Source of the DNA: Alphaproteobacteria bacterium
GTDB lineage: Bacteria; Pseudomonadota; Alphaproteobacteria; GCA-2731375
Direction of reading: 5' to 3'
Assembly: GCA_965225945.1 (NCBI GenBank)
Contig: CBDDBZ010000033.1
Coordinates: 128,001-192,000, forward strand
DNA length: 64,000 nucleotides
Part shown: piece by piece, positions 42,901 through 52,784 of the stretch
Position numbering within the stretch: the first letter of the stretch is position 1
Layout of the letters: every line of letters begins with the position of its first letter
Notes under the pieces: generated by a model
The model's database searches: none
Told to the model about the DNA's origin: nothing
The model's input: only the letters and a program-made list of their open reading frames with translations
Translations under genes and position numbers: made by a program

Positions 42901-42928
42901 TCCCGATGGGGTTCGAGCCCGTGGTTGA
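39923..42928 (+). CDS. soxA: Sarcosine oxidase subunit alpha
   Basis: GDTLASALLAN, RSFKYHRPRG, HVKRYTTTGMGTDQGK, GcvT-like C-terminus. Confidence 0.96.
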   Translation: MSGRLAKGGRIDREQSLRFRFDEREYLGHPGDTLASALLANDVGLLARSFKYHRPRGLLSAGAEEPNALVRLRTGRAGEPNVRATVVELYDGLVAESQNRWPTLRFDVGEINSALAPLIPAGFYYKTFMWPARFWKLYEYVIRRFAGHGRAPEPGDPDLYEHRHAHCDVLVVGGGPAGLAAARRAARAGARVIVVDEQAEFGGSLLGDGQEIDGASGLEWVAGAVRDIESSGDGVALRRTTAIGYHDHNYLTLIERLGDHRPRPDPGQPRRRLWKLRAAQVVLASGAIERPLVFADNDRPGVMLASAAQRYLNRHGVKAGERVVVATNSDSAYSVALQLRDAGIEVPALVELREEAPPALAEGLARAGIELRLGQAVVGIRGLRRVKAAYVMRLDAEGRRATGEVGRIECDLVAMSGGWNPTVHLFSQSGGRLVFDPILGAFLPGQGASAVAVVGAAAGEYELGACLARGDAAGLAALEAAGIARKGRKPKAPRVEAPGEPMAPRNLWLIPTRPGKEGSAKRFVDLQNDVTAADLELSVREGYRSIEHVKRYTTTGMGTDQGKTSNVNALAIVAQTLGEAVSAVGTTTFRPPYTPATFGAIAGRHTGGMLDPVRRTAMQDWHEARGAVFEPVGQWLRPRYYPAGDEDMDAAVEREVKATRTSLGLLDASTLGKIDIQGPDSGELLERIYTNGWKGLGLGRCRYGLMLREDAMVFDDGVTARLGESHFHMTTTSGNAVTVLAWLESWLQTEWPELRVYCTSVTEQWAVASLSGPRARDLLGTLGGDIDFSAEAFPFMTWREGRLAGLPARVFRVSFTGELSYEINVEASLGSALWELLMRAGAPWAITPFGTEAMHVLRAEVGFPIVGQETDGTVTPIDLGLEAMVSGAKDFIGKRSLARPDTGRADRRRLVGIQSEDPRLVVPEGAQIVARPGLRPPVAMIGHVTSSYFSPNLGHAFALALVARGAERHGEMVELAWDGRSAPAHIRAPRFFDPDGVRARG

Positions 42929-43544
42929 GCGTCATTTCCACGTGAGCCCGCTGGCCCATCTCGGACTCGAGGCCCGTGCGGTGGCACGCCGGGGGACGGC
43001 CGGTATCGCCATGGCCGAGGAGCGCCGGCGGGTCCAACTGGCGTTGCGCGGCGAGGCCGGGGACACGGGGCTAATCGAGGCGGTGCGGCGCGTCGCCGGC
43101 GTGGCCCCGCCGCTCGCCGCCCATGGCGTGGCCCGCGCGGGCGACGCGACCATCCTCTGGCTCGGACCCGACGAATGGCTGGTCACGGCGCCGGGCGAGC
43201 GAAGCGATCTGGCGGCGCGCCTCGGCGAGGTGCTCGGCGCGCGGCACCATGCGGTCACCGACGTCACCGACAGCCGGACCCTCTTGCGCCTCGAAGGCAC
43301 GAGCGCGCGCGATCTGTTGGCCCAGGGCTGTTCGCTCGATTTCCACCCGAGCGTCTTCAAGCCCGGGCAGTGCGCCGCCAGCCGATTGGCGCTGGCCCAG
43401 GTCTTGATCCACCAGCTCTCCGAGGACGCGGCCGAGGGACCGGCTTACGAGATCTACGTGCACCGAAGCTACGCCGATTATCTCTGGCGCTGGCTGGAGA
43501 GCGCGAGCGAGGCCTATGGCTTCGCCGTGCTCGCCCCGGTCTGA
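42921..43544 (+). CDS. soxG: Sarcosine oxidase subunit gamma
   Basis: WLGPDEWL, GCSLDFHP, RSYADYLWRWL. Confidence 0.93.
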   Translation: MVERHFHVSPLAHLGLEARAVARRGTAGIAMAEERRRVQLALRGEAGDTGLIEAVRRVAGVAPPLAAHGVARAGDATILWLGPDEWLVTAPGERSDLAARLGEVLGARHHAVTDVTDSRTLLRLEGTSARDLLAQGCSLDFHPSVFKPGQCAASRLALAQVLIHQLSEDAAEGPAYEIYVHRSYADYLWRWLESASEAYGFAVLAPV

Positions 43545-43688
43545 CCGCCGGGCTCGAGGTCCGCCGCCGAGCCGCGTCCCAAAAACGGCCATGATCATTG
43601 TACTACGGCGCGGAAATCACGCAGCCGCCGGCGGCGCGGCGCAGGGCGCCCCACCGAAAATTGGGGACAGGACAATTGGGGACACCGA

Positions 43689-45100
43689 TGGAGTGCACCC
43701 CCTGGATGACACAAAGAATCAGGGACAGTTGGTTGTCATTTCCAGCGCCCGCCGGGCGGCGGTCTCTGGGGTGATGATGGTGTTTTCGAACTCCTCTGGT
43801 GATAGGTATCGAAGCGCCGAGTGGAGGCGCGTCTTGTTGTAGACCTCTTTGATGAAGCTGGCGATGTCGCTCTCGGCGTGGGCGATGTCCCGGTAGGGCC
43901 TGCCCTCAACCTCCTCTGTCTTCAAGGTCTTCATGAAGCTCTCCGCCATGGCGTTGTCGTAAGGGCAGGCGATCCGGCTCATCGAGGGCAGGATGCCATG
44001 GGCCTCCAGGCGGGCGATGTAGTCGCCGGAGGCATATTGAACGCCGCGATCGGAGTGATGCACCAGGCCATCGGGGATCACCTCGCGCTCCAGAAGCGCC
44101 ATATCCAAGGCCGCCAGCGTCAGGCTCGCCTTCAGATGATCGGCCAAGGCCCAGCCGATGACGCGCCGGCTGTGCGCATCGAGCACGACCGCCAGATAGG
44201 CGAAGCCCTCCAGCAAGCGAACATAGGTGATGTCGGCGACCCAGAGCTGGTTGGGGGCCGTCGTCTCCAACCGGCGCGCCAGGTTGGGATAGATCCGATA
44301 GCTATGCTTCGAGTCCGTGGTCGCCGGCGCGAAGCTCCGTCGACGCAGGCATAGCAGATTGTCCTCGCGCATCAAACGCAGCACCCGCTTGTGGTTGACG
44401 CTCCAGCCCTCGCGCCGCAACAGCGCCCCGATCCGCCGATAGCCGTAATGTTTGTTGTCGATCGCCAGGCGCTGGAGCTTATCGCGTAACGCCGTTTCCT
44501 CAGCCCTCGGCCTCGATGCCCGCCAATGGCGGTGAAAGCTCGATCGGCTCAGCCCCATCAGATCGCACATCCGTCCCATGCTCAATCCGCCTTGCCGCCG
44601 CGACCCGGCCCGGACGAGGCCGAAGACGCGCTCCCGCCAGAGCGACCGTTCGCTCCGCGGCAGCTCTCCGAGAGCCGCAAGGCTTGCCTGAAAAAATCCG
44701 CTTCCAAGGCCTGCTGGCCGACCTTCCGCTCCAGCTCGGCGATCCGCCGGCGCGCCAGGCTCAGGGCATCCGGCCGGACCGCCGGAACAGCACTTTCGGA
44801 CCCGGCGCGGAGGCCTTGCGCCCGCCTCCCTCCGACGACCGTGCTTCCCTTTCTGGGCCGGCCGGGCGGGCGCAAGGCCTCCGCGCCGCCCGCTCGGTAG
44901 GCATCGCGCCACTCGTAGAGCAGCTTGCGCCGGACCTCGAGCTCGCGTGACAGCGCCGAGACGTTCTCGCCCGACTCCATCCGCGCCAGCGCCGACAGCT
45001 TGAAGTCTCGGCTGAAACGCCGTGCACCTTTTCGTTCCATCAGTTCCTCCTCGGAAGAACTGTCACTCATTTCTCTGTGTCAGGACAGGGGTGCGGTCCA
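43689..45100 (-). mobile_element. IS3-family element (orfA about 44582-45040, orfB 43719-44585)
   Basis: TIRs TGGAGTGCACCCC / GGGGTGCGGTCCA; WVADITY, HSDRGVQY, DNAMAESF; T6 slippery run at 44691-44696; no TSD seen. Confidence 0.92.
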
Positions 45101-45129
45101 ATACTGTCCCCGATTCCACCCGATTCCCC

Positions 45130-45258
45130 AAGAGCTCAAGGACCGCATCATGGCCTACATCGACGATATCAACCTCGATCCTGTCGTCCACAAGTGGACC
45201 TACAAGCTCAAGCTCCAACAAGCGGCATAGGAGTCGATTCTTGGAAACGATGAACTAG
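45130..45258 (+). mobile_element. IS630-family 3' remnant
   Basis: ELKDRIMAYIDDINLDPVVHKWTYK C-terminus followed by an end finishing in CTAG. Confidence 0.7.
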
Positions 45259-45294
45259 TGACGACCGCAACCCGATGTTAGGATGGCTCCGGCC

Positions 45295-46011
45295 ATGTCT
45301 AGAGCACGACTTGCAGAATTACTTCGTGACGCCGTCGCCGATCCCGAAAACAGTTTCAGCATCGGATCGCTCGGTGCCATCGCCGAGTTCCACCGTGATG
45401 CGGGCGAGCCGCTGACGCTCGACGCGCTCGAGAGGCTGTCGATCGCGACGCCACGCGGAGCGCTCGGCATCGATTTGAGAGCCGGTGTCGTCCCGATCAC
45501 TCATGAGGAAACGACTGACGAAGGCTCTTGCCGGCGGGCTGGCGAGACGCAAAGGGAAGTGCTCTTCTGCCTGCCGAGGGCCGCCGCCACCCGACACCGT
45601 AGAATCGTGCTGAGGGATCTCGGCCCGGATCATGACGCGATCCACGAGGCTGATCGAGCGGCGCTTCTTTTCGATCTGGGGCTTGGTGCTCTGAACGTCG
45701 ATTTTTGCATTCGAACCACGGATCGAACGCTGATCGAGTTGCTGAGGAAGGGCGTTGGAAGTTCCCTGTTCGGACCTGGGTCCCGGCTGTTTCCCGCCAT
45801 CGTCGATGCCAGCCCTGCTCGCATCGCGATTTCAGCCCTCGGGCGCATCGAGGTCTACCAGCCGATTGCCAAGACCAGCTCGCCGAGCGGTCCCCACACG
45901 CACGTGTTGCCGGAGCTGTTGAAAACCGGTCGGACGCATGCCCCCGGCACGCCCGTGCCGGACGGCTATCTCCCCTGTCTCTCGCTCTATTCCGCCAATC
46001 TTGCCGTCTGA
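45295..46011 (+). CDS. Conserved hypothetical protein (DUF6925-like)
   Basis: SIGSLGAIAEFHRD, LFDLGLG, GRIEVYQPI, SPSGPHTHVLP. Confidence 0.7.
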   Translation: MSRARLAELLRDAVADPENSFSIGSLGAIAEFHRDAGEPLTLDALERLSIATPRGALGIDLRAGVVPITHEETTDEGSCRRAGETQREVLFCLPRAAATRHRRIVLRDLGPDHDAIHEADRAALLFDLGLGALNVDFCIRTTDRTLIELLRKGVGSSLFGPGSRLFPAIVDASPARIAISALGRIEVYQPIAKTSSPSGPHTHVLPELLKTGRTHAPGTPVPDGYLPCLSLYSANLAV

Positions 46012-46235
46012 TTGCCTGGCGCAAGGTAGGGGGGATAGGGGTGCGGTCCCGTTTTCCAATTCCATCCTTGCCTTATCTGCTCGACGCGTCCTTTCGCGGG
46101 CGGTCCTGGGGGCCACGATGCCCCAGCCCCGGGACCACGACAGGTGCCATATGTTGGATTCTATCCACTAGGGGACAGGACGGGCGCGTCGCGAGCTTCG
46201 GGTAGCATGCTTCAGAGACCTGGGGCGAGGCGAGG

Positions 46236-47193
46236 ATGGCAGCGAAAGGCGACGGCGTGATACCCGAGAGGCCTGACCAGAAGAGCGAGCTGATCGGGGC
46301 GCTCCGCCGTCACGTCTGGACGCTCGGCGGCGAGATCGGCGAACGCTCGGGGTTGCGAGGTGACGGACTGCAGCGCGCCGAGCACTATCTTCTGCAGGCG
46401 TTGCGCGCGACGGGGCTCGACGTCGCGGAGCAAGCCTATGAGTTTCGCGGACGGCGGGTGGCCAACCTGATCGCCGAGCTCCCCGGCGCTTCACCAGCCT
46501 CCGCGCCCTACGTCATCGGTGCCCATTACGATACCGTGATCGGGACGCCGGGGGCCGACGACAATGCCAGCGCCGTCGCGGTCCTGCTCGAACTCGCCCG
46601 CCGTGCCGCCGCGAGGCCACCTGGCATCGCGCTCCGCTTCGTCGCCTTCACGCTCGAGGAGTCGCCGGCATTCGCCAGCGAGCTCCAGGGCAGCCGGGTT
46701 TTCCTCCGTCGGCTCTTGCACTCGGGCGAGAGCGTCGCGGGCGCCATCGTCCTGGAGATGGTTCGGGATGACCACGCCGAGGCAATCCTATCCGGCCGTC
46801 CTGCGTTGGGCCGGTTATCCCGAAGCCGGCGATTTCATCGCTGTCGTCGCCAACCGCGCCTCGCGCGACTTCGGCCGACGGGTCATCGGGGCCATGCGCG
46901 GCAATCCGGCGCTGCCGGTCGAATCGCTGTTCGTCTGGCTCGACGGTCACTTCTTGCCCGACACCCGGCTGAGCGACCATTCGTCCTTTTGGGATCGAGG
47001 CATTCCGGCCTTGATGGTCACCGACACGGCCTATTTCCGCAATCCCCACTACCACGGTCCGGGCGATCGGCCCGAGACCCTGGATTACGATTTCATGGCC
47101 GAGCTGGTGCGGAGCCTGGGTTTGGCGCTGGAGGCGCTCGGCGCTGGCCGCTCGAGGGAAAGCCGCACGCCGGGCCCAGGGGCCCGACCGTGA
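46236..47193 (+). pseudogene. M28 family peptidase, frameshifted near 46762
   Basis: GAHYD, PGADDNASA, TLEE, LEMV in one frame; SDHSSFW, TDTA, NPHYH in another. Confidence 0.85.
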
Positions 47194-47234
47194 CCCCTCG
47201 AGCGGCAGAGTATCTCACCGGCCTCCCGGCGCAC

Positions 47235-47371
47235 GGGTCATTCTACTTTTCGGCTGGTTCGCGGGGCCGGCCACGCGGTCTCGGGGTGGACTCGAGGCCG
47301 AGCCGACGGGCGGTGCGCGGCATGCGCCGATCCTAAAGCATCCGTTCCGCCAAATTAAAGTACAATGACCC
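47235..47371 (-). mobile_element. Miniature RAYT-derived element, copy A
   Basis: IR GGGTCATTCTACTTT / AAAGTACAATGACCC encloses the 26-aa [29 protein letters not shown] (47243-47323). Confidence 0.7.
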
Positions 47372-47384
47372 CTTTTCCTTTTAG

Positions 47385-47450
47385 AAGGAGGATGACCCAT
47401 GCGCGAAGTCTATGCCGGCTTGGATGTTTCCGACAAGCAGACCCAGATGA
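47385..47450 (+). pseudogene. IS110-family transposase 5' remnant
   Basis: AGGAGG RBS then MREVYAGLDVSDKQT (first Asp of the DEDD motif). Confidence 0.65.
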
Positions 47451-47699
47451 AAATTTCGGGGGCCAGTTCACCGTTTCCTCGGCGCCGGGCATCGAGGCCA
47501 CGCGAAATCGACAGAGAGCCACGTACCGCCCTTCATCCCGTGGGTTGTGGGGGCCACCACGGGAGGAAGGGCGGAACACGGTCGGAGCGGAGCCAATCGC
47601 CTTCCCGCCGCCGACGACCCACCTCAACTCTCTTGGTTTGCTCCAAGACATGGACGATCGACGTTTGCAAATCGGGGGCGTAGCCGTGCCCGATGAGCC

Positions 47700-47877
47700 A
47701 ATCAACAACGTCGTCGGCCGGCTCGAGCTGCTTGGCGGGTGGCGCGGTTTCGTACGGCACGCCCTGAGCGTCGAGGAACGCCCGCGCGGTGCCGGCACTG
47801 ATGGCGAAGTCCACGTTTTGCGGGATATAGCCGGGCGCCCGGGTGATCCGGATGGCGTTCAGCTTGCCCACGCCCAC
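47700..47877 (-). pseudogene. C-terminal remnant of a trypsin-like serine protease
   Basis: KLNAIRI...IPQNVDFAI...RAFLDAQGVPY. Confidence 0.6.
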
Positions 47878-48824
47878 GGCATTGCCCGACCTGTCGAGCG
47901 CCGGCCCATGACGCCGTCGATCGGCCCGGCGTCATAGTCGAGCTTGGCGAGACCGGCCTGGATCCGGCTGACCGCCGACTTGTTCGCCGCGCCGCCGTCC
48001 GAGGCCCAGATCGGATCGCCGAGGTTGACCACGTCCTCGCGGGCGAGGCCGTCGGCCACCGCGCCGATCAGCACGCCTTGCAGCACCGAAAGGCCGGTGA
48101 CGTTGCCGAATTCGGCCTCGGCCAGCTTGATCTCCTGCGCCGTCGGCGCGCAAGAAAGCGACGTTTTCAGGTCCGCGGCTCGGGTCGAGGAACGGTAGCC
48201 CCGAGCGGCGACGAAGGCGCGGATGTTGGGAAGAAAATAGAGCGAGACGTCACGCCGGGCCCCCGAGCCCCGGTCGGTCCAGACCACCTTGTCGGCCACC
48301 AGGGGTTCGACCAGGCAATCGTTGACGCAGCGATAGTTCGGCTCCGCGGGCGCCTGGTAGCCGCGCGTGCCGACGTCGCCGAGACAGCTGAAGCCCTGCG
48401 GCGCCGTCGCGCGCCAGAACGAGCCATCCCGTTTGGCGCCGGAGCCCTTGTCCCTCCAGATCCGGTTCCAACCCAGGGGCGGCGCCAGCAAGCGTCGCCC
48501 GCCCTCGATGTTGGCGCCATCCGGCCGGACGATCGTTATGCAGCGGACGCGTCTCTTCTTGTAGGTCGCGATGGCGTAGTCGCCGAGCGTGAAAAAGCCC
48601 TCGGGCGGCACGACCCGATAGATTGCGACGTCCTTTTCGGCGCCCGAGCCCTTGTCGGTCCAGACCCGATTGTATTGGCAGCTCTCCTGGATCTGGAGAC
48701 GTTGCGTCGCGCGTTGCTCGACGGCCACGCGGTCCGCGAGCGCCGCCGGCGCCAGCAGCGCGGCGCCGGCGAACGAAAGTGCAGCGGCCAGGTATCGCAA
48801 CCGGCGATGGTCATATCGCATCAT
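47859..48824 (-). CDS. Exported Vps62-like repeat protein with a peptidoglycan-binding domain, 3' end probably rearranged
   Basis: Signal peptide; three W-x-D-K/R-GSGA repeats with PPEGFFTLGD and APQGFSCLGD; IQAGLAKLDYDAGPIDGVMG. Confidence 0.75.
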   Translation of the reverse strand: MMRYDHRRLRYLAAALSFAGAALLAPAALADRVAVEQRATQRLQIQESCQYNRVWTDKGSGAEKDVAIYRVVPPEGFFTLGDYAIATYKKRRVRCITIVRPDGANIEGGRRLLAPPLGWNRIWRDKGSGAKRDGSFWRATAPQGFSCLGDVGTRGYQAPAEPNYRCVNDCLVEPLVADKVVWTDRGSGARRDVSLYFLPNIRAFVAARGYRSSTRAADLKTSLSCAPTAQEIKLAEAEFGNVTGLSVLQGVLIGAVADGLAREDVVNLGDPIWASDGGAANKSAVSRIQAGLAKLDYDAGPIDGVMGRRSTGRAMPWAWAS

Positions 48825-48985
48825 TCCCCCGATCCGTGGACGCAAGCTCCCCTCGCGCCGCGATGGCGCCGTCCCCAGTGTACCACGTAGCGAAATGGTC
48901 GGAGAAAGCCGTGGGCCGGGCATTTTCGAGAGTGAGGGGGATTCGGGGGCCATCTCCCCGTATCCCAGCGCGAGGCCGGCCGAAC

Positions 48986-50668
48986 CTACGATCGACGCCG
49001 TGCCGCCGTCGCCTCGGCGTCGATGCGGCCGCTCGCCCCGACGACGCAGCCATAGTCCCGCGTGGCGCCCTCGATCGAGACATGGCCCTGATCGAGGTCG
49101 CGTTGCACCTCGGCGACCGGCCGGGCGCGCGGATCGCCGAAGCCGCCGCCGCCCGCTTCCCGCATCACCGCCTGGTCTCCGGGCGCCAGCACCAGCCGGC
49201 CCTTGGGATCGGCGGCCGCGCCGTTCAACAGATAACGCCGAACGGCGCCGTCGCCACCGCCGCCGAAGCCCCGGGCCGGGAACTCGGTCCGCTGGCCCAT
49301 CAGGGCGAAGTCGACCAGGTGGCCGGTATCGTTGCGGAACACCGTCTCCTGCCCCGGGCCACCACGCCAGGTGCCGGGGCCGCCGGAATCCGCCAGGATC
49401 TCTCGGCGCTCGATGGTCATGGAGGTCAGGTTCTCCCAGATCTCCGTCGGCACCACCGTCATGTTGGACGGCGCCGGCGTCACCGCGCGGCCGTCGATGC
49501 CCTGGAGCGCGCCGAAGCCGCCGGCCAGGAAGAAGAGGCTGGAGATCTCCTCGCCATCCTGGTCATGGCCTTGCACGCTGAAGACGTTCATCATCGAAAC
49601 GTCGGCCTGCACGCGCTCCGGCAGCGCCGGCTCCAGCGCCCCCATCAACAGCGGCACGATGAAATGGCCGACCGAGTGGCGCCCGCCCGTGGGCCAGGGC
49701 GGTTGCACGTTCAGGATCGAGCCCTCCGGCGCGCGCACGTCGATAGGGCGCACCGCGCCCTCGTTGTTGGGCAGCGAGGGAATGGTCAGGCACTTGATCA
49801 CGTAATAGCTCTGCGCCCGGGTGTAGCAGAGCGGCACGTTGATCGAGGCGCGAACCGGACCATCGGTACCGCTGAAGTCGATGGCGATATGCGCGCCCTC
49901 GACCTCCACCCTGGCGGCGAGGCCGATGGGTGCTTCGCGCCCCTCGATCCGGATTTCGTTGGCGTAGACGCCATCCGGGATCGTCAGAATCTCGTCGCGC
50001 ATGGCCTTGGCGGCGTGGTCGTTGATGGCGTCCGACAGCGCGCTCAACTCGTCGAGGCCGTATTCGTCCATGAACTCCAGCAGCGCCCTGCCGCCGACCT
50101 CGTTGCAACTGACGTTGGCCATGATGTCGCCGATCACCTGCTCCGGCACCCGGACGTTCATCCTGACGACGTCGAGCAGCAGTTGGTTCATCACGCCCTT
50201 TTCGGCCAGCTTGCAGACCGGAAAGCGCAGGCCTTCCTGGTAGACCTCGGTGCAGGTCGACGACATGCCGGCGCCGCCGATGTCGGGCAGGTGGGTGACG
50301 CTCATGGTGTAGCCGACCAGCCGCTCGTCCCGGAATACCGGCCGCATCACGTTGATGTCGAAGAGGTGGCCGGTGCCCATCCAGGGGTCGTTGGTCATCA
50401 CGATGTCGCCGGGGGCGAGCGTCTCCGGGGGACAGTCGCGAAGCATGTGGGCGAGCGTCTGTGGTGCCGTGCCGGTGAAGGAGGGGACGGAGTAGTTGCC
50501 CTGGGCGATCATCCGGCCCCGGTGATCGAACAGGATGCAGGAAAGGTCGTAGCCCTCGCGCACGTTGATCGAGAAGGAGGTCCGTACCAGCGACAACACC
50601 ACCTCGTCGGCGATGGAGACCAGGCGGTCCCAGAGGATCTTCAGGCTGATCGGATCGAAGCGTTGCAT
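48986..50668 (-). CDS. Hydantoinase B / oxoprolinase subunit
   Basis: NDPWMGTGHLFD, HLPDIGG, DSGGPGTWRGG, GGGGFGDP. Confidence 0.92.
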   Translation of the reverse strand: MQRFDPISLKILWDRLVSIADEVVLSLVRTSFSINVREGYDLSCILFDHRGRMIAQGNYSVPSFTGTAPQTLAHMLRDCPPETLAPGDIVMTNDPWMGTGHLFDINVMRPVFRDERLVGYTMSVTHLPDIGGAGMSSTCTEVYQEGLRFPVCKLAEKGVMNQLLLDVVRMNVRVPEQVIGDIMANVSCNEVGGRALLEFMDEYGLDELSALSDAINDHAAKAMRDEILTIPDGVYANEIRIEGREAPIGLAARVEVEGAHIAIDFSGTDGPVRASINVPLCYTRAQSYYVIKCLTIPSLPNNEGAVRPIDVRAPEGSILNVQPPWPTGGRHSVGHFIVPLLMGALEPALPERVQADVSMMNVFSVQGHDQDGEEISSLFFLAGGFGALQGIDGRAVTPAPSNMTVVPTEIWENLTSMTIERREILADSGGPGTWRGGPGQETVFRNDTGHLVDFALMGQRTEFPARGFGGGGDGAVRRYLLNGAAADPKGRLVLAPGDQAVMREAGGGGFGDPRARPVAEVQRDLDQGHVSIEGATRDYGCVVGASGRIDAEATAARRRS

Positions 50669-50682
50669 ATTCCAATTCCTCG

Positions 50683-52773
50683 TTAATCGGCCGCGAGTTC
50701 GGCGATCAGGTTGCCGAAGGAATCGATCGTGGCGCGCTCGCCCGGGCCGAGGACGCTGGTCGACTCGTCCTCCTGGATCAGCGCCGGTCCCTCGACCACC
50801 GCGCCCGACGCCAGGGCATAGCGGTCCAGCACCGGACAATCGACATAGGCTTCGTCTCGAGGGAACCAGCACCGCGCTTGGGCGAGCACGCCATCCTCGG
50901 CCCTGGGCGGATGGGGTGGACGGTAGCCTTTCGCCAGGTCAGGCCGGGGGCCGCGCGCCTCGATCTTCCAGTTGACGATCTCGATTTCGTTGTCGAGGAA
51001 GCTGGTGGCGAAAACGGCCTCGTAGCTCGCCCGGAACAGTTCGCCGAGCTGCCCGTGGGCGGCCGCGTCGTCGAGCCCGTCCGGCAGATCGACCTCCACC
51101 TCGTAGCCCTGTCCGAGGTAGCGCATGTCGAGACGGCGGGTGATGCGGATCTCGTCCTCGGCGATGCCGGCGGCGCGGAGCAGGTCGCGCGCCTGGGCGA
51201 GGAGCGGGGCGAAGCCTTCGGCCAAATCCGCCGGGCCGGTTCGCGCCAGGCGCGCGCGGTGGGAGCGCAGGCTGGCGAAGGTGAGCGGGGTGGCCAATAG
51301 GCCGATCGCCGACATCACCCCGGCACCGGCGGGGAAGATCACCTTCGGGATCCTGAGCTTGCGGGCAATCCTGAGCGCGTGCATCGGCCCGGAGCCGCCG
51401 AAGGCGACCATCGCCGAGCGGCGATAGTCGAAGCCGATCTCGGAGGCGTGCTCGCGGAAGGCGCGGGCGACGTCCTCGTTGATGACCTCGTGGATGCCCC
51501 AGGCGGCCCGTGTTGTCGCCACCTCGAGCGGCCCGCCCACCTCGGCCGCCAGCACCCGCTCGGCGCTTGCGACATCCAGGCCCATGCGGCCGCCCAGGAA
51601 CCGTTCCGGCACCAGATAGCCGAGCGCCAGGTTGGCGTCGGTCAGCGTCGCGCGCATCCCCCCCCGGCCGTAGCACGCGGGTCCCGGATCGGCGCCCGCG
51701 CTCCTCGGCCCGACGGCGAGCAGGCGGCGCGCGTCGACGCTCGCGATGGAGCCACCGCCGGCGCCGATCTCGATCATGTCGATTACGGGTATGCGGAGCG
51801 GCAATCCGCTGCCCGGCTTGAAATTGTGCACGCGGGCCACTTCGAGCTGGTATTTACGCAGCGGTTCGCCCTCGCGGATCAGCGCGCCCTTGGCCGTGGT
51901 CCCGCCCATGTCGAAGGAGAGCAGCTCCCCCTCGCCCAGCATCTCGCCCAGCAGCGCCGCCATCAGGGCGCCCGCCGCCGGCCCGCTCTCGATCAGCCTG
52001 ACGGGAAAGCGCCGGGCCGTCTCCGCCGTCACGGTGCCGCCGCTCGAGGTCATGATCAGGAAGCTGCCTTGGAAGCCGAGCCCGGCGAGACCCCCTTCGA
52101 GATGGCCGATATAGCGGTTGGTCAGCGGCTGCACATAGGCGTTGATCGTGGTCGTCGACCAGCGCTCGTACTCCCGCATGAAGGGCAGCACCTCGGCCGA
52201 GGTGGTGACGAAGAGATCGGGAAAGGCCGCCTCCACCGCCGCCCGCGCGGCGCGCTCGTGGCTGTCGTCGGCATAGCTGTGGAGGAAGCAGATCGCCAGC
52301 GCCTCGATGCCGTGCCGCTCGACCAGTTCGCGGGCGCCGGCCACGGCCGCCGCCGGGTCGAGCGCCGTCATCACCCGGCCGTCGTGGCCGAGCCGTTCGT
52401 CGATCTCGAAGCGGAGCGCGCGGGGCACCACCGGTTCGGCGAAGACCAGGCGGAGATCGAACAGGTCGTAGCGCCGCTCCATGGCGATATCGAGGACGTC
52501 GCGGAAGCCGGCGCTGACCAGCATGCCGGTCTTGGCCCCCGTGCGCTCGATCACCGCGTTGGTGACCAGCGTGGTGCCGTGGATCACGCTGGCCAGCGCG
52601 GCGATGTCGACGCCGTCGCGCGCCAGCATCTCCTCTAGGCCCCAGAGCACGGCCTCGGAGGGATCGTCGGGCGTCGTCAACGTCTTGTGGACGCTAAGCT
52701 CGCCGCTGTCGTCGTCGACCAGGGCGAAATCTGTGAAGGTGCCGCCGATGTCGATCCCCAGCCGATGGGCCAT
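50683..52773 (-). CDS. Hydantoinase A / oxoprolinase subunit
   Basis: GIDIGGTFTD, HGTTLVTNA, ESGPAAG, DMGGTTAK, SAGADPGPACY. Confidence 0.93.
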   Translation of the reverse strand: MAHRLGIDIGGTFTDFALVDDDSGELSVHKTLTTPDDPSEAVLWGLEEMLARDGVDIAALASVIHGTTLVTNAVIERTGAKTGMLVSAGFRDVLDIAMERRYDLFDLRLVFAEPVVPRALRFEIDERLGHDGRVMTALDPAAAVAGARELVERHGIEALAICFLHSYADDSHERAARAAVEAAFPDLFVTTSAEVLPFMREYERWSTTTINAYVQPLTNRYIGHLEGGLAGLGFQGSFLIMTSSGGTVTAETARRFPVRLIESGPAAGALMAALLGEMLGEGELLSFDMGGTTAKGALIREGEPLRKYQLEVARVHNFKPGSGLPLRIPVIDMIEIGAGGGSIASVDARRLLAVGPRSAGADPGPACYGRGGMRATLTDANLALGYLVPERFLGGRMGLDVASAERVLAAEVGGPLEVATTRAAWGIHEVINEDVARAFREHASEIGFDYRRSAMVAFGGSGPMHALRIARKLRIPKVIFPAGAGVMSAIGLLATPLTFASLRSHRARLARTGPADLAEGFAPLLAQARDLLRAAGIAEDEIRITRRLDMRYLGQGYEVEVDLPDGLDDAAAHGQLGELFRASYEAVFATSFLDNEIEIVNWKIEARGPRPDLAKGYRPPHPPRAEDGVLAQARCWFPRDEAYVDCPVLDRYALASGAVVEGPALIQEDESTSVLGPGERATIDSFGNLIAELAAD

Positions 52774-52784
52774 GGCCTCGCTCC

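Noticed and set aside
47235-47400. IS110 bridge-RNA region upstream of the IS110 remnant
   Set aside because: The minus strand encodes RAYT terminal peptides, and the second copy at 56041 has no IS110 sequence next to it
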